Shown: positions 38,606 through 47,486, counted from the stretch's first letter. The stretch is DNA of 55,610 nt from Flavobacteriales bacterium (GCA_015663855.1 DQRJ01000006.1:1-55610), one strand, 5' to 3'. Made by a program: numbers and translations. Notes: generated by a model from the sequence alone, not told the origin.

Positions 38606-40128
38606 TACTAACCGTGGTTGCCATAGCAAACCTATGCTCTATCAATACTGCCAACGCGCAGGATGAAGTGGCCACGACGAACCTTGCGGTTGACTCATTA
38701 ACTTATATCTCAGTTGACAGCACTAGCTGGGCTCTCTATCAATTAGAAGAGTGGAATGATTTGAGAAAATTCGGCGCCCTAGCTGAAGAAGGTGGGTTCG
38801 AAACCTACTTCTTAAATCTTAGACTTGGAATTGCTAATTTTAAAACTGGCCATTTCCATAAAGCTGAGGCTTTTCTGTTGAAAGCTTATGACCAAAACCC
38901 TGCTGCTCTCACTGCAAAAGAGTATTTATTTTGGATCTACTCGCTATCGGGGAACGTCAATGCTGCTTCTGACATGTACGATATGCTAAGCGAAGAGCTT
39001 AAGAGCGAAATCGATTTCGATTTAAGCCAAGGACTAAAAAGCGTTTATGCTGAAGCTGGTCCTATGCTATCGGATAACGAAGATGTAGCTGGAACGTCTC
39101 TTTACGGGAATGTTGGAGCTCGTTACCGCCTTAACGATAAGCTAAGTATCTACTCAAGCTACACTTATCTTGAAAATGGTAATATGTCTTGGGGTGGTTA
39201 TTCTCAACATCAGTTGTCTGTAACTCCTACTTTGCTTCTTGATAATGGTTGGTTGCTATCTGCTGGGTTGAATTACTTTAATTACTCAAGGGATATTTAC
39301 CAGTCTTTAGACCAAACAATAACAAGTTCATTTCAATACACTGAAGAAGGGATTTGGTTTGATGAAGCAACAGGAACAGAGTACACTTGGGAAACACCTG
39401 AAACAATCACTTCAACTGTTGTTTACAACGACACATACGAGGGTACATTATCTGAAAATTCCGTGGGCATCAACTTGAACGCTACGAAGACTTTTAGAGA
39501 CTTTAGCATCTCTCCACACGCTGTGTTTTATGGAGAATTCCTCAATACTAACTACGTGAAAACGAACTCAGACATCTACGATGTAAACACGTCTTGGGAC
39601 TACACAGATTACTTTTTCACAGGGTTTTATGTATCAACAGATAGCACACCGGGATCTGTCGACACGACATATACATTGACTACCACTGAGCAAATCGATA
39701 CATCGATGTTTATTTACTACATGCAAGTAGGTACATCTTTTGACTACACATACCGCCTCAACGAATCAACTTCACTGACTCTTGGAGCAGAGGTCACAGC
39801 ACTTATTAATGGAGATAGCTTACAGGATATTTCTAATTCAATGAAATTCATCTACACTCCTTACTTGGCTATTAAAGCTGGAGATAAGTTCGGAATCAGT
39901 GCATACTACACGTCTAAAGGGAACTATCCAGTTTCTATGTTCGGAGGATCTAAAATGTTAAACGGTTATGATGCCATTAACTCTAGAATTAGTGTTACAG
40001 CTAAATACGATCTCAATGATAGATTTTCAATCTACGCAACTGGAATGATGGACGAAATAGAAGATGGCGTTTCTCTTTCTACATACAATAACTACGCAAT
40101 CCTAACAGGTCTAAACATTAAACTATGA
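38587..40128 (+). CDS. Exported protein: N-terminal TPR-like head plus predicted outer-membrane beta-barrel
   Basis: Signal peptide ending NAQ. A TPR-like segment (FLNLRLGIANFKTGHFHKAEAFLLKAYDQNP) is followed by ~380 aa of Tyr/Thr/Ser-rich alternating strands (SIYSSYTYLE, LLSAGLNYFNY, ISVTAKYDLNDRFSIYATG). There is a 19-nt overlap with the upstream gene. Confidence 0.55.
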   Translation: MRTNFLILTVVAIANLCSINTANAQDEVATTNLAVDSLTYISVDSTSWALYQLEEWNDLRKFGALAEEGGFETYFLNLRLGIANFKTGHFHKAEAFLLKAYDQNPAALTAKEYLFWIYSLSGNVNAASDMYDMLSEELKSEIDFDLSQGLKSVYAEAGPMLSDNEDVAGTSLYGNVGARYRLNDKLSIYSSYTYLENGNMSWGGYSQHQLSVTPTLLLDNGWLLSAGLNYFNYSRDIYQSLDQTITSSFQYTEEGIWFDEATGTEYTWETPETITSTVVYNDTYEGTLSENSVGINLNATKTFRDFSISPHAVFYGEFLNTNYVKTNSDIYDVNTSWDYTDYFFTGFYVSTDSTPGSVDTTYTLTTTEQIDTSMFIYYMQVGTSFDYTYRLNESTSLTLGAEVTALINGDSLQDISNSMKFIYTPYLAIKAGDKFGISAYYTSKGNYPVSMFGGSKMLNGYDAINSRISVTAKYDLNDRFSIYATGMMDEIEDGVSLSTYNNYAILTGLNIKL

Positions 40129-40754
40129 AGCAGTTATTCTCAATCTCGACGACACTACTCGTCATCGTTTTTCTTTCAGCTTTCAACACTCAGGCGAACG
40201 CGCAAAACGAAACTATAGATGCTTTCTCTTCAAGCTACACTTCAGAGACAGCTCAAGACTACAACGAAGCAATAAATGTTTTGACAGCGATCTACGACAA
40301 AGATTCGTACTCAATCAACTTGCGTCTTGGATGGTTAAATTACCTGAAAGGAGATCTCTCTACATCTCAGACTTATTACTCAAAAGCAATTAATCTTGAG
40401 CCATCTTCAATAGAAGCTCACTTAGGTTATGCTTATCCGACAGCTGCGATGGGCAACTGGAAAGACGTTCTAGAATCTTACCTAATGGTATTAGAAATAG
40501 ATCCTAACAACTCGCTCACGAACTATCGTACAGCTTCCATCTACCACTACTCCTATGGAGAAAATGATAAGGCTCTCGAGTACATTAATAAAGTACTTAG
40601 CAACGCCCCATTCGATTACAACAGTAACTTTCTCAAGGCATCTATAGAATTAAACTTAGGAAACATATCCGAAGCTCTAAACTCTATTACAACTGCACTT
40701 GAGGCATCACCGTCTTCAATAGAGGCGTTGAAAATTTACGATGCGGTAAAGTAA
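40125..40754 (+). CDS. Secreted TPR-repeat protein
   Basis: Signal peptide ending ANAQ, with repeated 34-aa TPR-like units (INLRLGWLNYLKGDLSTSQTYYSKAINLEPSSIEA...). There is an ATGA overlap with the upstream gene. Confidence 0.65.
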   Translation: MKQLFSISTTLLVIVFLSAFNTQANAQNETIDAFSSSYTSETAQDYNEAINVLTAIYDKDSYSINLRLGWLNYLKGDLSTSQTYYSKAINLEPSSIEAHLGYAYPTAAMGNWKDVLESYLMVLEIDPNNSLTNYRTASIYHYSYGENDKALEYINKVLSNAPFDYNSNFLKASIELNLGNISEALNSITTALEASPSSIEALKIYDAVK

Positions 40755-40771
40755 ATCGGTAAAGAATTTTT

Positions 40772-42352
40772 TTACGATAGCGGAGGGATGTTAACCATAC
40801 ATCTCTCCGCTATTGCTGTTATAGAAAGTGATGGATTGACTCCTGGGTTAGCGGAAATCATTGACCCGTCGACTACAAGCATGTTCTTATACCCGAAAAC
40901 TCTATTGTTCTTATCAATCACTCCCCCTGTGGCGTCTTCACCCATAACTGCTCCGCCTAATACGTGAGCGGTGGAGGGTATCCCTGAGATAGTTTCCAAA
41001 GCAAAAGACGTAGGCTTTCCGTTGACAATTTTGCTGAATTTTTTCGTCAATTCATTTGACGCAGGGATGTTAGGTGTGGGGGCTTTCCCACTACTCACTC
41101 GCGATGATAAGCCGCCGAATAGGCCTGGCTTAAAACGCAACGTGCTGTCTATAGTCTGCATAAACAATAGAACTACCGTCCTTTTAGACCAAACATTAAA
41201 AAAGTACACTCTCACATATGACCAAGGCGATTTCGCCATTGAAACGACCATTCGAAGTAGGCGTACGAACACGTTATCGCCGTGTGAAACAGGAAGATGG
41301 AGTAACTTCCAAAACCCAGAGCCCTCGGAATATCGAACTACTTCGAGGTGACTGTTTTCGTCAGTGTGCAGGAGAGATCCTATCGCCACGCCTTTCGACA
41401 TGTCGATATTATCATCGAGTGAACTCACGCTAATTATCGTTTCGTTATTAGTACGGATATCCATCCCCACTCGATCTGAAAGTTTCGATAGAGACCCCTT
41501 CTTAAGCTTGAGCAAAAGATTAATTGTACCGAGTACCCCCCCGGAAAACACAACCCCCTTAGTCATGAACGACTGCCCTTTCTTAAAAATTTTCGTACTA
41601 GACTTTACGACCACTTCATATCCCGCCCCTCCATCTTCGCCCCCAAGTGGTTTTACATCTACCACCTCGTTTTCGGCAAGAACTTCCGCTCCTCGCTTCT
41701 GCGCGAAATAGAGATAGTTCTTATCTAAAGTATTCTTCGAATTATATCGACATCCGGTCATACATCCTCCACAATAAACACACCCCGTTCGAGAAGGCCC
41801 CTCCCCTCCGAAATACGGATCCTCTACCTCTCTACCTGGGTCGCCGAAATATACCGATACGTTTGGTTTACGAAAATCTCCTTCTTTACCTAGGGATTTC
41901 GCTAGTTTCTCGAGCGCCAAATCGGCATCGAACAACTTAGGATTCTTAGTAGCCCCTAACATGCGAAGAGCTTCCTTGTAATGTGGGTCCAGCTCCTTCT
42001 CCCAGTCTGCCAAACCTGCCCAACTTCCTGAATTAAAAAACGGCGACTCTGGACGAGGCAAAGTATTCGCATAAACGAGCGATCCGCCACCGACCCCGGT
42101 ACCCGAAACAATGGTAACGTGCCGTAGAAGAGTCATCTTCATAATTCCGAAAAATCTAAGGCCAGGAATCCAGAGCCACTTCCGAAGATTCCAATTCGAC
42201 TTCGGAAAATCTTCAGATTTATACCACTTCCCTTTCTCCACCACAAGAACTTTATATCCCTTCTCGCTCAACCTTAAAGCACTAACGCTACCTCCAAATC
42301 CGCTTCCTACGATAATATAATCGTAATCAAAAGTAATTTTCGGGTGTTCCAT
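40772..42352 (-). CDS. GMC-family FAD oxidoreductase (cholesterol-oxidase-like)
   Basis: YDYIIVGSGFGGSVSALRLSEKGYKVLVVEKG Rossmann motif, VGGGSLVYAN, and a C-terminal GMC region (HVLGGAVMG...GVNPSLSITAIAER). Confidence 0.8.
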   Translation of the reverse strand: MEHPKITFDYDYIIVGSGFGGSVSALRLSEKGYKVLVVEKGKWYKSEDFPKSNWNLRKWLWIPGLRFFGIMKMTLLRHVTIVSGTGVGGGSLVYANTLPRPESPFFNSGSWAGLADWEKELDPHYKEALRMLGATKNPKLFDADLALEKLAKSLGKEGDFRKPNVSVYFGDPGREVEDPYFGGEGPSRTGCVYCGGCMTGCRYNSKNTLDKNYLYFAQKRGAEVLAENEVVDVKPLGGEDGGAGYEVVVKSSTKIFKKGQSFMTKGVVFSGGVLGTINLLLKLKKGSLSKLSDRVGMDIRTNNETIISVSSLDDNIDMSKGVAIGSLLHTDENSHLEVVRYSEGSGFWKLLHLPVSHGDNVFVRLLRMVVSMAKSPWSYVRVYFFNVWSKRTVVLLFMQTIDSTLRFKPGLFGGLSSRVSSGKAPTPNIPASNELTKKFSKIVNGKPTSFALETISGIPSTAHVLGGAVMGEDATGGVIDKNNRVFGYKNMLVVDGSMISANPGVNPSLSITAIAERCMVNIPPLS

Positions 42353-42379
42353 TCAAGCAATTTAGCTTAATATTGTTTT

Positions 42380-43018
42380 ATGAGTACAATTTCTATATCA
42401 AATATCGTTTCCGAAGCGTGGGCACTTTTCAAGGAGCACGCAAGTTCAATAATCGTAATTATGCTAGTTTATTTTGGCACAACAATTCTAATTAGCCTAA
42501 TAGGAATAGGTGTTGCGGGTGCAAACATTATTATGTCTGTACTATTTCAAGTACTTCAGTCTGTAATTGGGGTCATCCTCGCGCTAGGCTTTTACAAGAT
42601 ATTCCTGAATATCTTAGATGGGCAAACGCCTGATATCCACACTCTTTTCTCCCAAACCAGTCCAAACTTAATCATCCACTCATTTGTAGGATCGATAGTG
42701 ATGGCTTTAGCTGTTATGGTAGGTCTTATTTTCCTAATAATTCCAGGGCTGTACATTGCCTTCCGACTACAGTTTTTCAATTTAGTTCTTTTAGATCAAG
42801 ATGAACCGAACTTCTCCGAAGCTCTAAAGTCCTCATGGGAAATGACTCGCGGTTACGTTATAGATCTATTAGGAATAGCAATTATTTCGGCATTCATCGT
42901 AATTGCTGGAATATTAGCGCTTTTCGTAGGGATATTTATTGCAATACCTGTGGTTTCGCTAATGGGGGTTTTGGTTTATAGAAAATTGAAGGCTAACTAT
43001 ACCGAGTTGCCCAAATAG
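42380..43018 (+). CDS. Hypothetical multi-TM membrane protein
   Basis: 212 aa with about 5 hydrophobic helices. Family not recognised with confidence. Confidence 0.45.
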   Translation: MSTISISNIVSEAWALFKEHASSIIVIMLVYFGTTILISLIGIGVAGANIIMSVLFQVLQSVIGVILALGFYKIFLNILDGQTPDIHTLFSQTSPNLIIHSFVGSIVMALAVMVGLIFLIIPGLYIAFRLQFFNLVLLDQDEPNFSEALKSSWEMTRGYVIDLLGIAIISAFIVIAGILALFVGIFIAIPVVSLMGVLVYRKLKANYTELPK

Positions 43019-43095
43019 CCTTAACCCACATCTATCCTATCTTCAGCCCTCATTATCAATTAATTTGCGGAGTAAACCGAATTAAAAAATAAAAT

Positions 43096-43437
43096 ATGTC
43101 AGACGAATTGAAGCCGTGCCCTAAATGCGAGTGCCCTTACGGTTACGAGTTAAGAGAGAATTTTTACGCATGTCCGGAGTGTAGCAATGAGTGGGATGCT
43201 AAAGAAGCCGCAGAAGAAACCGGACTTGTAGTGAAAGACATTAACGGTAAAATTCTGCAGAACGGAGACTCCGTTATAGTCATTAAAGATCTTCCAGTAA
43301 AAGGAGCTCCGAAACCTGTTAAAGCAGGCACGAAAGTGAAGAACATTAGATTACGAGATGCTGAACACGATATCGACTGTAAAATAAAAGGATTCGGACA
43401 AATGGGGCTTAAGTCTGAATTCGTAAAAAAAGCCTGA
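43096..43437 (+). CDS. yjdM: PhnA/YjdM-family zinc-ribbon protein
   Basis: CPKC...CPEC zinc ribbon followed by [15 protein letters not shown]...VKNIRL...[17 protein letters not shown], the conserved PhnA C-terminal domain. Confidence 0.85.
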   Translation: MSDELKPCPKCECPYGYELRENFYACPECSNEWDAKEAAEETGLVVKDINGKILQNGDSVIVIKDLPVKGAPKPVKAGTKVKNIRLRDAEHDIDCKIKGFGQMGLKSEFVKKA

Positions 43438-43463
43438 TACGATTTCTCGTTTCAGGCTTTTTG
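43431..43463 (+). terminator. Rho-independent-type terminator after yjdM
   Basis: AGCCTGA-(14 nt)-TCAGGCT followed by TTTTT. It abuts the att-like repeat. Confidence 0.5.
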
Positions 43464-43478
43464 TGATCCCACAGGGAC
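43463..43478. repeat. 16-nt direct repeat of the tRNA-Arg 3' end (distal att-like site)
   Basis: GTGATCCCACAGGGAC is identical to 47489-47504 in the same orientation. It lies 150 nt from an integrase remnant. Confidence 0.7.
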
Positions 43479-43630
43479 GTCATACTATGTGGAAAACGTT
43501 AAAATACTGTGCATAACCGAGTGCTAAAAACTCAGTAAAACCAATACATACAGCGTATCTTATAAAAGCTTAACTAAAGCTAACAAAAGGTTATATAACT
43601 AAATGTAAGCACATATGTAGACACAGCAAT

Positions 43631-44500
43631 ATGACAACATCATACTATATCCGAAACCACTCCAATTCAAGTTCATCATCTATTTATGTAAGGATAAATG
43701 AAGGACGATATAAGCAGTTCAGATTTGCTACTGGTTATGATATAAATAAGGATACGTCTTGGAAGAAAAAAACACTCAAAGTGTCAGAACAAATAGTATT
43801 GAACCATTTGATTTAATCAACCTTCAGTTAAAGCGTCTTATAGCATTTATAGAGACTCAATACGTCTTTGCTAAATCTAAAGGTATTCCAAGGAGTAAAC
43901 TATTCTATAAATCTATTGTTGAGCAGTTTCAACTTAGTGAAATGACCGTAAGTAGTGAGACTAAGTTGTTAACTGTTGGTGATGCTTTTCAACTTTACAT
44001 TGATGAAGCAAATAAAAATGGAATTCGACTTGCACCAATGACAATAAGGACTATTTCCTATTCATTTAATCACATAAAATACCTCAGGATGCATACTATC
44101 CTTATCTCTGAGCTGGACATGGATTGGTATTATGAGTTTATTAAACGTTCTGAACAATCAGGTAGAAATGGGGAGCCTTTAAGTATGAACTACATCAGCA
44201 CTCATATCAAGAAGATTAAAAGGGTTCTGAGGTATGCTGAAGACAAAGATCACGCAGTTAACAGCTCGTACAAATCAATGTCATTTAAAGCGCCTCAAGA
44301 AACCGCATCAGAGATATACCTCAATGAAGAAGAACTAAGTCAAATTAGAGCGCTTGAATTAAGTCATGAACAGCACTCACTTGCTCTCACAAGGGATCTA
44401 TTTATAATTGGTGCATATAGTGGATTAAGGGGTGTCTGACTACAATAGACTAACTAATGACAATCTTCATACTCACAACGGGTCTGAGATGCTTGAGGTG
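43631..44500 (+). pseudogene. Tyrosine recombinase / integrase pseudogene (Bacteroidota Arm-binding plus SAM-like N-terminal domains; catalytic domain lost)
   Basis: YIRNHSN....IYVRINEGRYKQFRFATGY.I....W is an Arm-type N-terminus. There is a frameshift in an A7 run (43766-43772) and a second frameshift at a G4 run (~44431). After that the shifted frame reads GLR-VSDYNRLTNDNLHTHNGSEMLEVR. Homology ends near 44500, before the H/R/Y catalytic residues. Confidence 0.75.
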
Positions 44501-44501
44501 A

Positions 44502-44636
44502 GATGCCAACTATTTACTAGCATCGATAAATCTAGCTATGGGAGATATCTCTGGAGCTTTAGAAGCTGTTACATTAGCACTATCTGCTATCCCTAGCTCT
44601 CAAGCGGCTTTAGAGATATACAACGCTGTCAAGTAG
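44502..44636 (+). pseudogene. 3' remnant of a TPR-protein gene paralogous to 40125-40754
   Basis: The in-frame translation DANYLLASINLAMGDISGALEAVTLALSAIPSSQAALEIYNAVK* aligns without gaps to the last 44 residues of the 209-aa TPR protein (...NSNFLKASIELNLGNISEALNSITTALEASPSSIEALKIYDAVK*). By hand count 19 of the last 32 residues are identical. Both sequences stop at the same position. Confidence 0.7.
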
Positions 44637-45627
44637 CGCCTTTAGAGCTTTTCTCTGCCCAGGTAACCGTTTTCTTCAGCCCCACTTTTAAGGGAGTGAC
44701 AGAATACCCTAGATTATTTTTTGCTTTATCTACACACACCTCCCAGTGGTAGTTTCCTCTACGTATCCACTTTATTGTGACAGCAGGTGTGACACCCCGT
44801 AAGCGCGCGAAAAACAAAACTATATGGGCAAACAGTTTTTGGATAAAAACAGGCATCTTTATTAAAAAGTAGTCCGAACCTGACACCTCTTTTAGAGTTG
44901 CGAAAAACTCATTGTAAGTATAGTTATCGCCACCTAAAATATAAGTTCCTCCAGGTTGACCATTAAGCATAGCTAACAGATGACCTGAAACAACATCGTC
45001 AACAAAAACGTAATTCCCAATCTTAGTCCCATCTCCAGGAATAAACCTCCATTTACCCTGAATAAATTTTGAAATAATAAGTGTGATCGATCCAGGTTGA
45101 CCTGCAATGTATGGACCGTAAACTCTAGTTGGAGAAACTATAACAGCATCAAGTCCAAAATCGGTAACATAACTTTTCACTAAAGATTCAGCATGAGCCT
45201 TTGATGACTCGTACTCGTTAAAGAAGTCAATATCTCTAGATTTAGACTCGTGAACCACGCCACTTATGGATGGCCCTAAGACACCCGCCGTTGACGTGAA
45301 TACCACCTTTTCAACCTTATGATGAATAGCTGCGTCCAAAACATTCCGAGTGCCCTCTACATTGATTGTATAATATACTCTGGGATCTCTCTCCCAAACT
45401 GAAGCACATCCACCCATATGATATACTTGTTTACACCCTGACATGGCTTTCATCACAGCAGATATGTCAGTAAAATCTCCATTAAATATATCAATCCCTG
45501 GTTTAATCAAATGCGTAGCACGTGAGGGAGTCCTAACTAAAGCATGTACAATATGACCTTGAGAAATAAGAGACTCTATCAGATGAGTGCCGATATATCC
45601 CGATCCACCAGTTACTAAGACTTTCAT
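44629..45627 (-). CDS. NAD-dependent epimerase/dehydratase-family (extended SDR) protein
   Basis: MKVLVTGGSGYIGTHL Rossmann motif, YESSKAHAE (YxxxK), 332 aa. Confidence 0.8.
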   Translation of the reverse strand: MKVLVTGGSGYIGTHLIESLISQGHIVHALVRTPSRATHLIKPGIDIFNGDFTDISAVMKAMSGCKQVYHMGGCASVWERDPRVYYTINVEGTRNVLDAAIHHKVEKVVFTSTAGVLGPSISGVVHESKSRDIDFFNEYESSKAHAESLVKSYVTDFGLDAVIVSPTRVYGPYIAGQPGSITLIISKFIQGKWRFIPGDGTKIGNYVFVDDVVSGHLLAMLNGQPGGTYILGGDNYTYNEFFATLKEVSGSDYFLIKMPVFIQKLFAHIVLFFARLRGVTPAVTIKWIRRGNYHWEVCVDKAKNNLGYSVTPLKVGLKKTVTWAEKSSKGAT

Positions 45628-46376
45628 TTTTTTAGGTTAAAAGTCATATCCGGATGATGAAATACTGAAGAAAAACTATTCGCCCAAGCCATGACTATAT
45701 GCACTACGATCGCTATCCACAAAGTACCTGTCATAAGAGTAAGAAGGCAGAGCACGATTCCAAGAGGAACAGCTCCTACAGCCTCATTTAGGCCTTTAGG
45801 TATGTGAGTAGCTGAGTACATAGCTGTGTTGATAGCGATTGCAGGCCATACTCCTATCTCAGAAACTAATGGAAAAAGGAGAATGCCACGAAAGAGAAAT
45901 TCATATCCAATTAAATACAGTGTCCACCCTAATGCGTTTTTCATCACAAGTCGCAGGCCCCAAGACTTAACTCTTATTTGTGGATAGGTTAAAAGGTGCT
46001 CCGATTTCTTTGAACTAAAAAACGCCATTGGAACTACTAACATGCTCAAGACTAGAATGGAAATTATAGTTAGGGTTCTCGTGTCAGCATTAACTGCAAC
46101 ACCGTAATCAGCGAGAGAATATGAGGGCATAAGTCGAAATGCAATAATTGCCGGCAAAACGCCCATAGAGACAAAACCCACATGTTTAGTAAAAATAATA
46201 TGCTTGATCGAGGCATTTTCAGAATCAAGTTCGTCATAAAATCTAGATTTGATTTTTTCAGAGTGAGAAACAAACCAAAAAATAGAAAAACCTAGTAGGG
46301 TTAATATAAGAGGCAAAAAAAGATTTATATCCCCATTACTCCAACTCAGATCTATACCAGTAGTTTTAAAATTCAT
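45624..46376 (-). CDS. CPBP-family intramembrane glutamic endopeptidase (CAAX protease / Abi-like)
   Basis: Multi-TM protein with GYEFLFRG (EExxxR-type motif 1), YSATHIP (motif 3) and HIVMAWAN (motif 4). There is a 4-nt overlap with the downstream gene. Confidence 0.7.
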   Translation of the reverse strand: MNFKTTGIDLSWSNGDINLFLPLILTLLGFSIFWFVSHSEKIKSRFYDELDSENASIKHIIFTKHVGFVSMGVLPAIIAFRLMPSYSLADYGVAVNADTRTLTIISILVLSMLVVPMAFFSSKKSEHLLTYPQIRVKSWGLRLVMKNALGWTLYLIGYEFLFRGILLFPLVSEIGVWPAIAINTAMYSATHIPKGLNEAVGAVPLGIVLCLLTLMTGTLWIAIVVHIVMAWANSFSSVFHHPDMTFNLKK

Positions 46377-46382
46377 GGTAAA

Positions 46383-47165
46383 TTATTTATTCGTCTTATG
46401 GTGCTGGTTCACAGCTATTTGAGCTACGATGGCTCTGGGGATAATATTTATTAATCCTAAAACAAGACTGTTTTTAAAACCCGTCGTTATAACCCTTTTG
46501 CCTATAAGAGCTTTTGCAATTCCTATCCTAGCCACCTCAGAAGGAGACATAACTGATACTCGTGCGGCGAAATTACCTTTCTTGATTTGGTCTGTAACAA
46601 CTGGGTTTGTGGGAGTCGCACCGGGAAGCAAAACGCTAACACTCACGCCTTCGGTCTCCAGCTCATATGACAGTGCTATTGTTAAATTTTTTACATATGT
46701 TTTTGTCGCTGAATACATTGCCTTGTACGGGGCAGAAACACCCGCCATGATGCTTGCTGTGTTCATTAAGAAAGACGGTTTATTTCTAATTAAATCCGGA
46801 ATAAATTGCTGTTGCATCAATGTTGTAGCTCTAACATTTAAATCTATCATAGACTTCACATAATTTGCTGAATGTTCTGCAAAAACACCAGCACCACCAA
46901 AACCTGCATTATTTATAAGGAAATCAACTTGATAATTATTCTTCACCACCCATGAGTGAATTTGTTCTGGAGCTTTATGGTCGGTTAAATCAATTTCTAT
47001 TGCATCAGTTATTACTCCTGAATCTTCAGCAATAACATCCGCTTTTTCACACAAGTCTTCTCCAGGCAAAGAAACCATAAGAACATTCCTTCCGAGCCTA
47101 GCACATTCCCTGCTAAGCTCAAGCCCTATCCCACTGCTAGCGCCAGTTATCAACGTGAATTTCAT
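46383..47165 (-). CDS. Classical short-chain dehydrogenase/reductase
   Basis: ITGASSGIG cofactor motif, NNAG, and YSATKTY (YxxxK) catalytic motif; 260 aa. Confidence 0.85.
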   Translation of the reverse strand: MKFTLITGASSGIGLELSRECARLGRNVLMVSLPGEDLCEKADVIAEDSGVITDAIEIDLTDHKAPEQIHSWVVKNNYQVDFLINNAGFGGAGVFAEHSANYVKSMIDLNVRATTLMQQQFIPDLIRNKPSFLMNTASIMAGVSAPYKAMYSATKTYVKNLTIALSYELETEGVSVSVLLPGATPTNPVVTDQIKKGNFAARVSVMSPSEVARIGIAKALIGKRVITTGFKNSLVLGLINIIPRAIVAQIAVNQHHKTNK

Positions 47166-47435
47166 ACTTTAAGTCTTATAGCTATTCTCAAACACAACTA
47201 ACAAAGAAAACACACTGCACGCGGATTGAACTATTTTAATAGAAAATATTTCAGATTGAGCCACCTTCGCTCAATGAGCAGAACGATATTGTATCTTACG
47301 TTCCTTGTTGATTCAACTTGATACCAAGCCTCCTATGCGTTCAACTTTCGCCATAGATTCTAGCTTTGTAGAAAACCCATTCTAGCTAGTTTATCAATGT
47401 TGTCGAATCGAGACCAATTGTCTGTGACGCACAGT

Positions 47436-47475
47436 AAAAAAAAAACCCTCGCTATCTCAATGATAACAAGGGTTT
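47436..47475 (-). terminator. Possible terminator downstream of tRNA-Arg
   Basis: On the minus strand: AAACCCT-(loop)-AGGGTTT followed by T10. The loop is long, so the call is tentative. Confidence 0.35.
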
Positions 47476-47486
47476 ATCTTTTATAG

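Noticed and set aside
40971-41940. Series of plus-strand ORFs (126, 71, 115 and 97 aa)
   Set aside because: All are antisense to the GMC oxidoreductase gene.
46429-46863. 144-aa plus-strand ORF
   Set aside because: It is antisense to the SDR gene, which carries the TGxxxGIG and YxxxK motifs.
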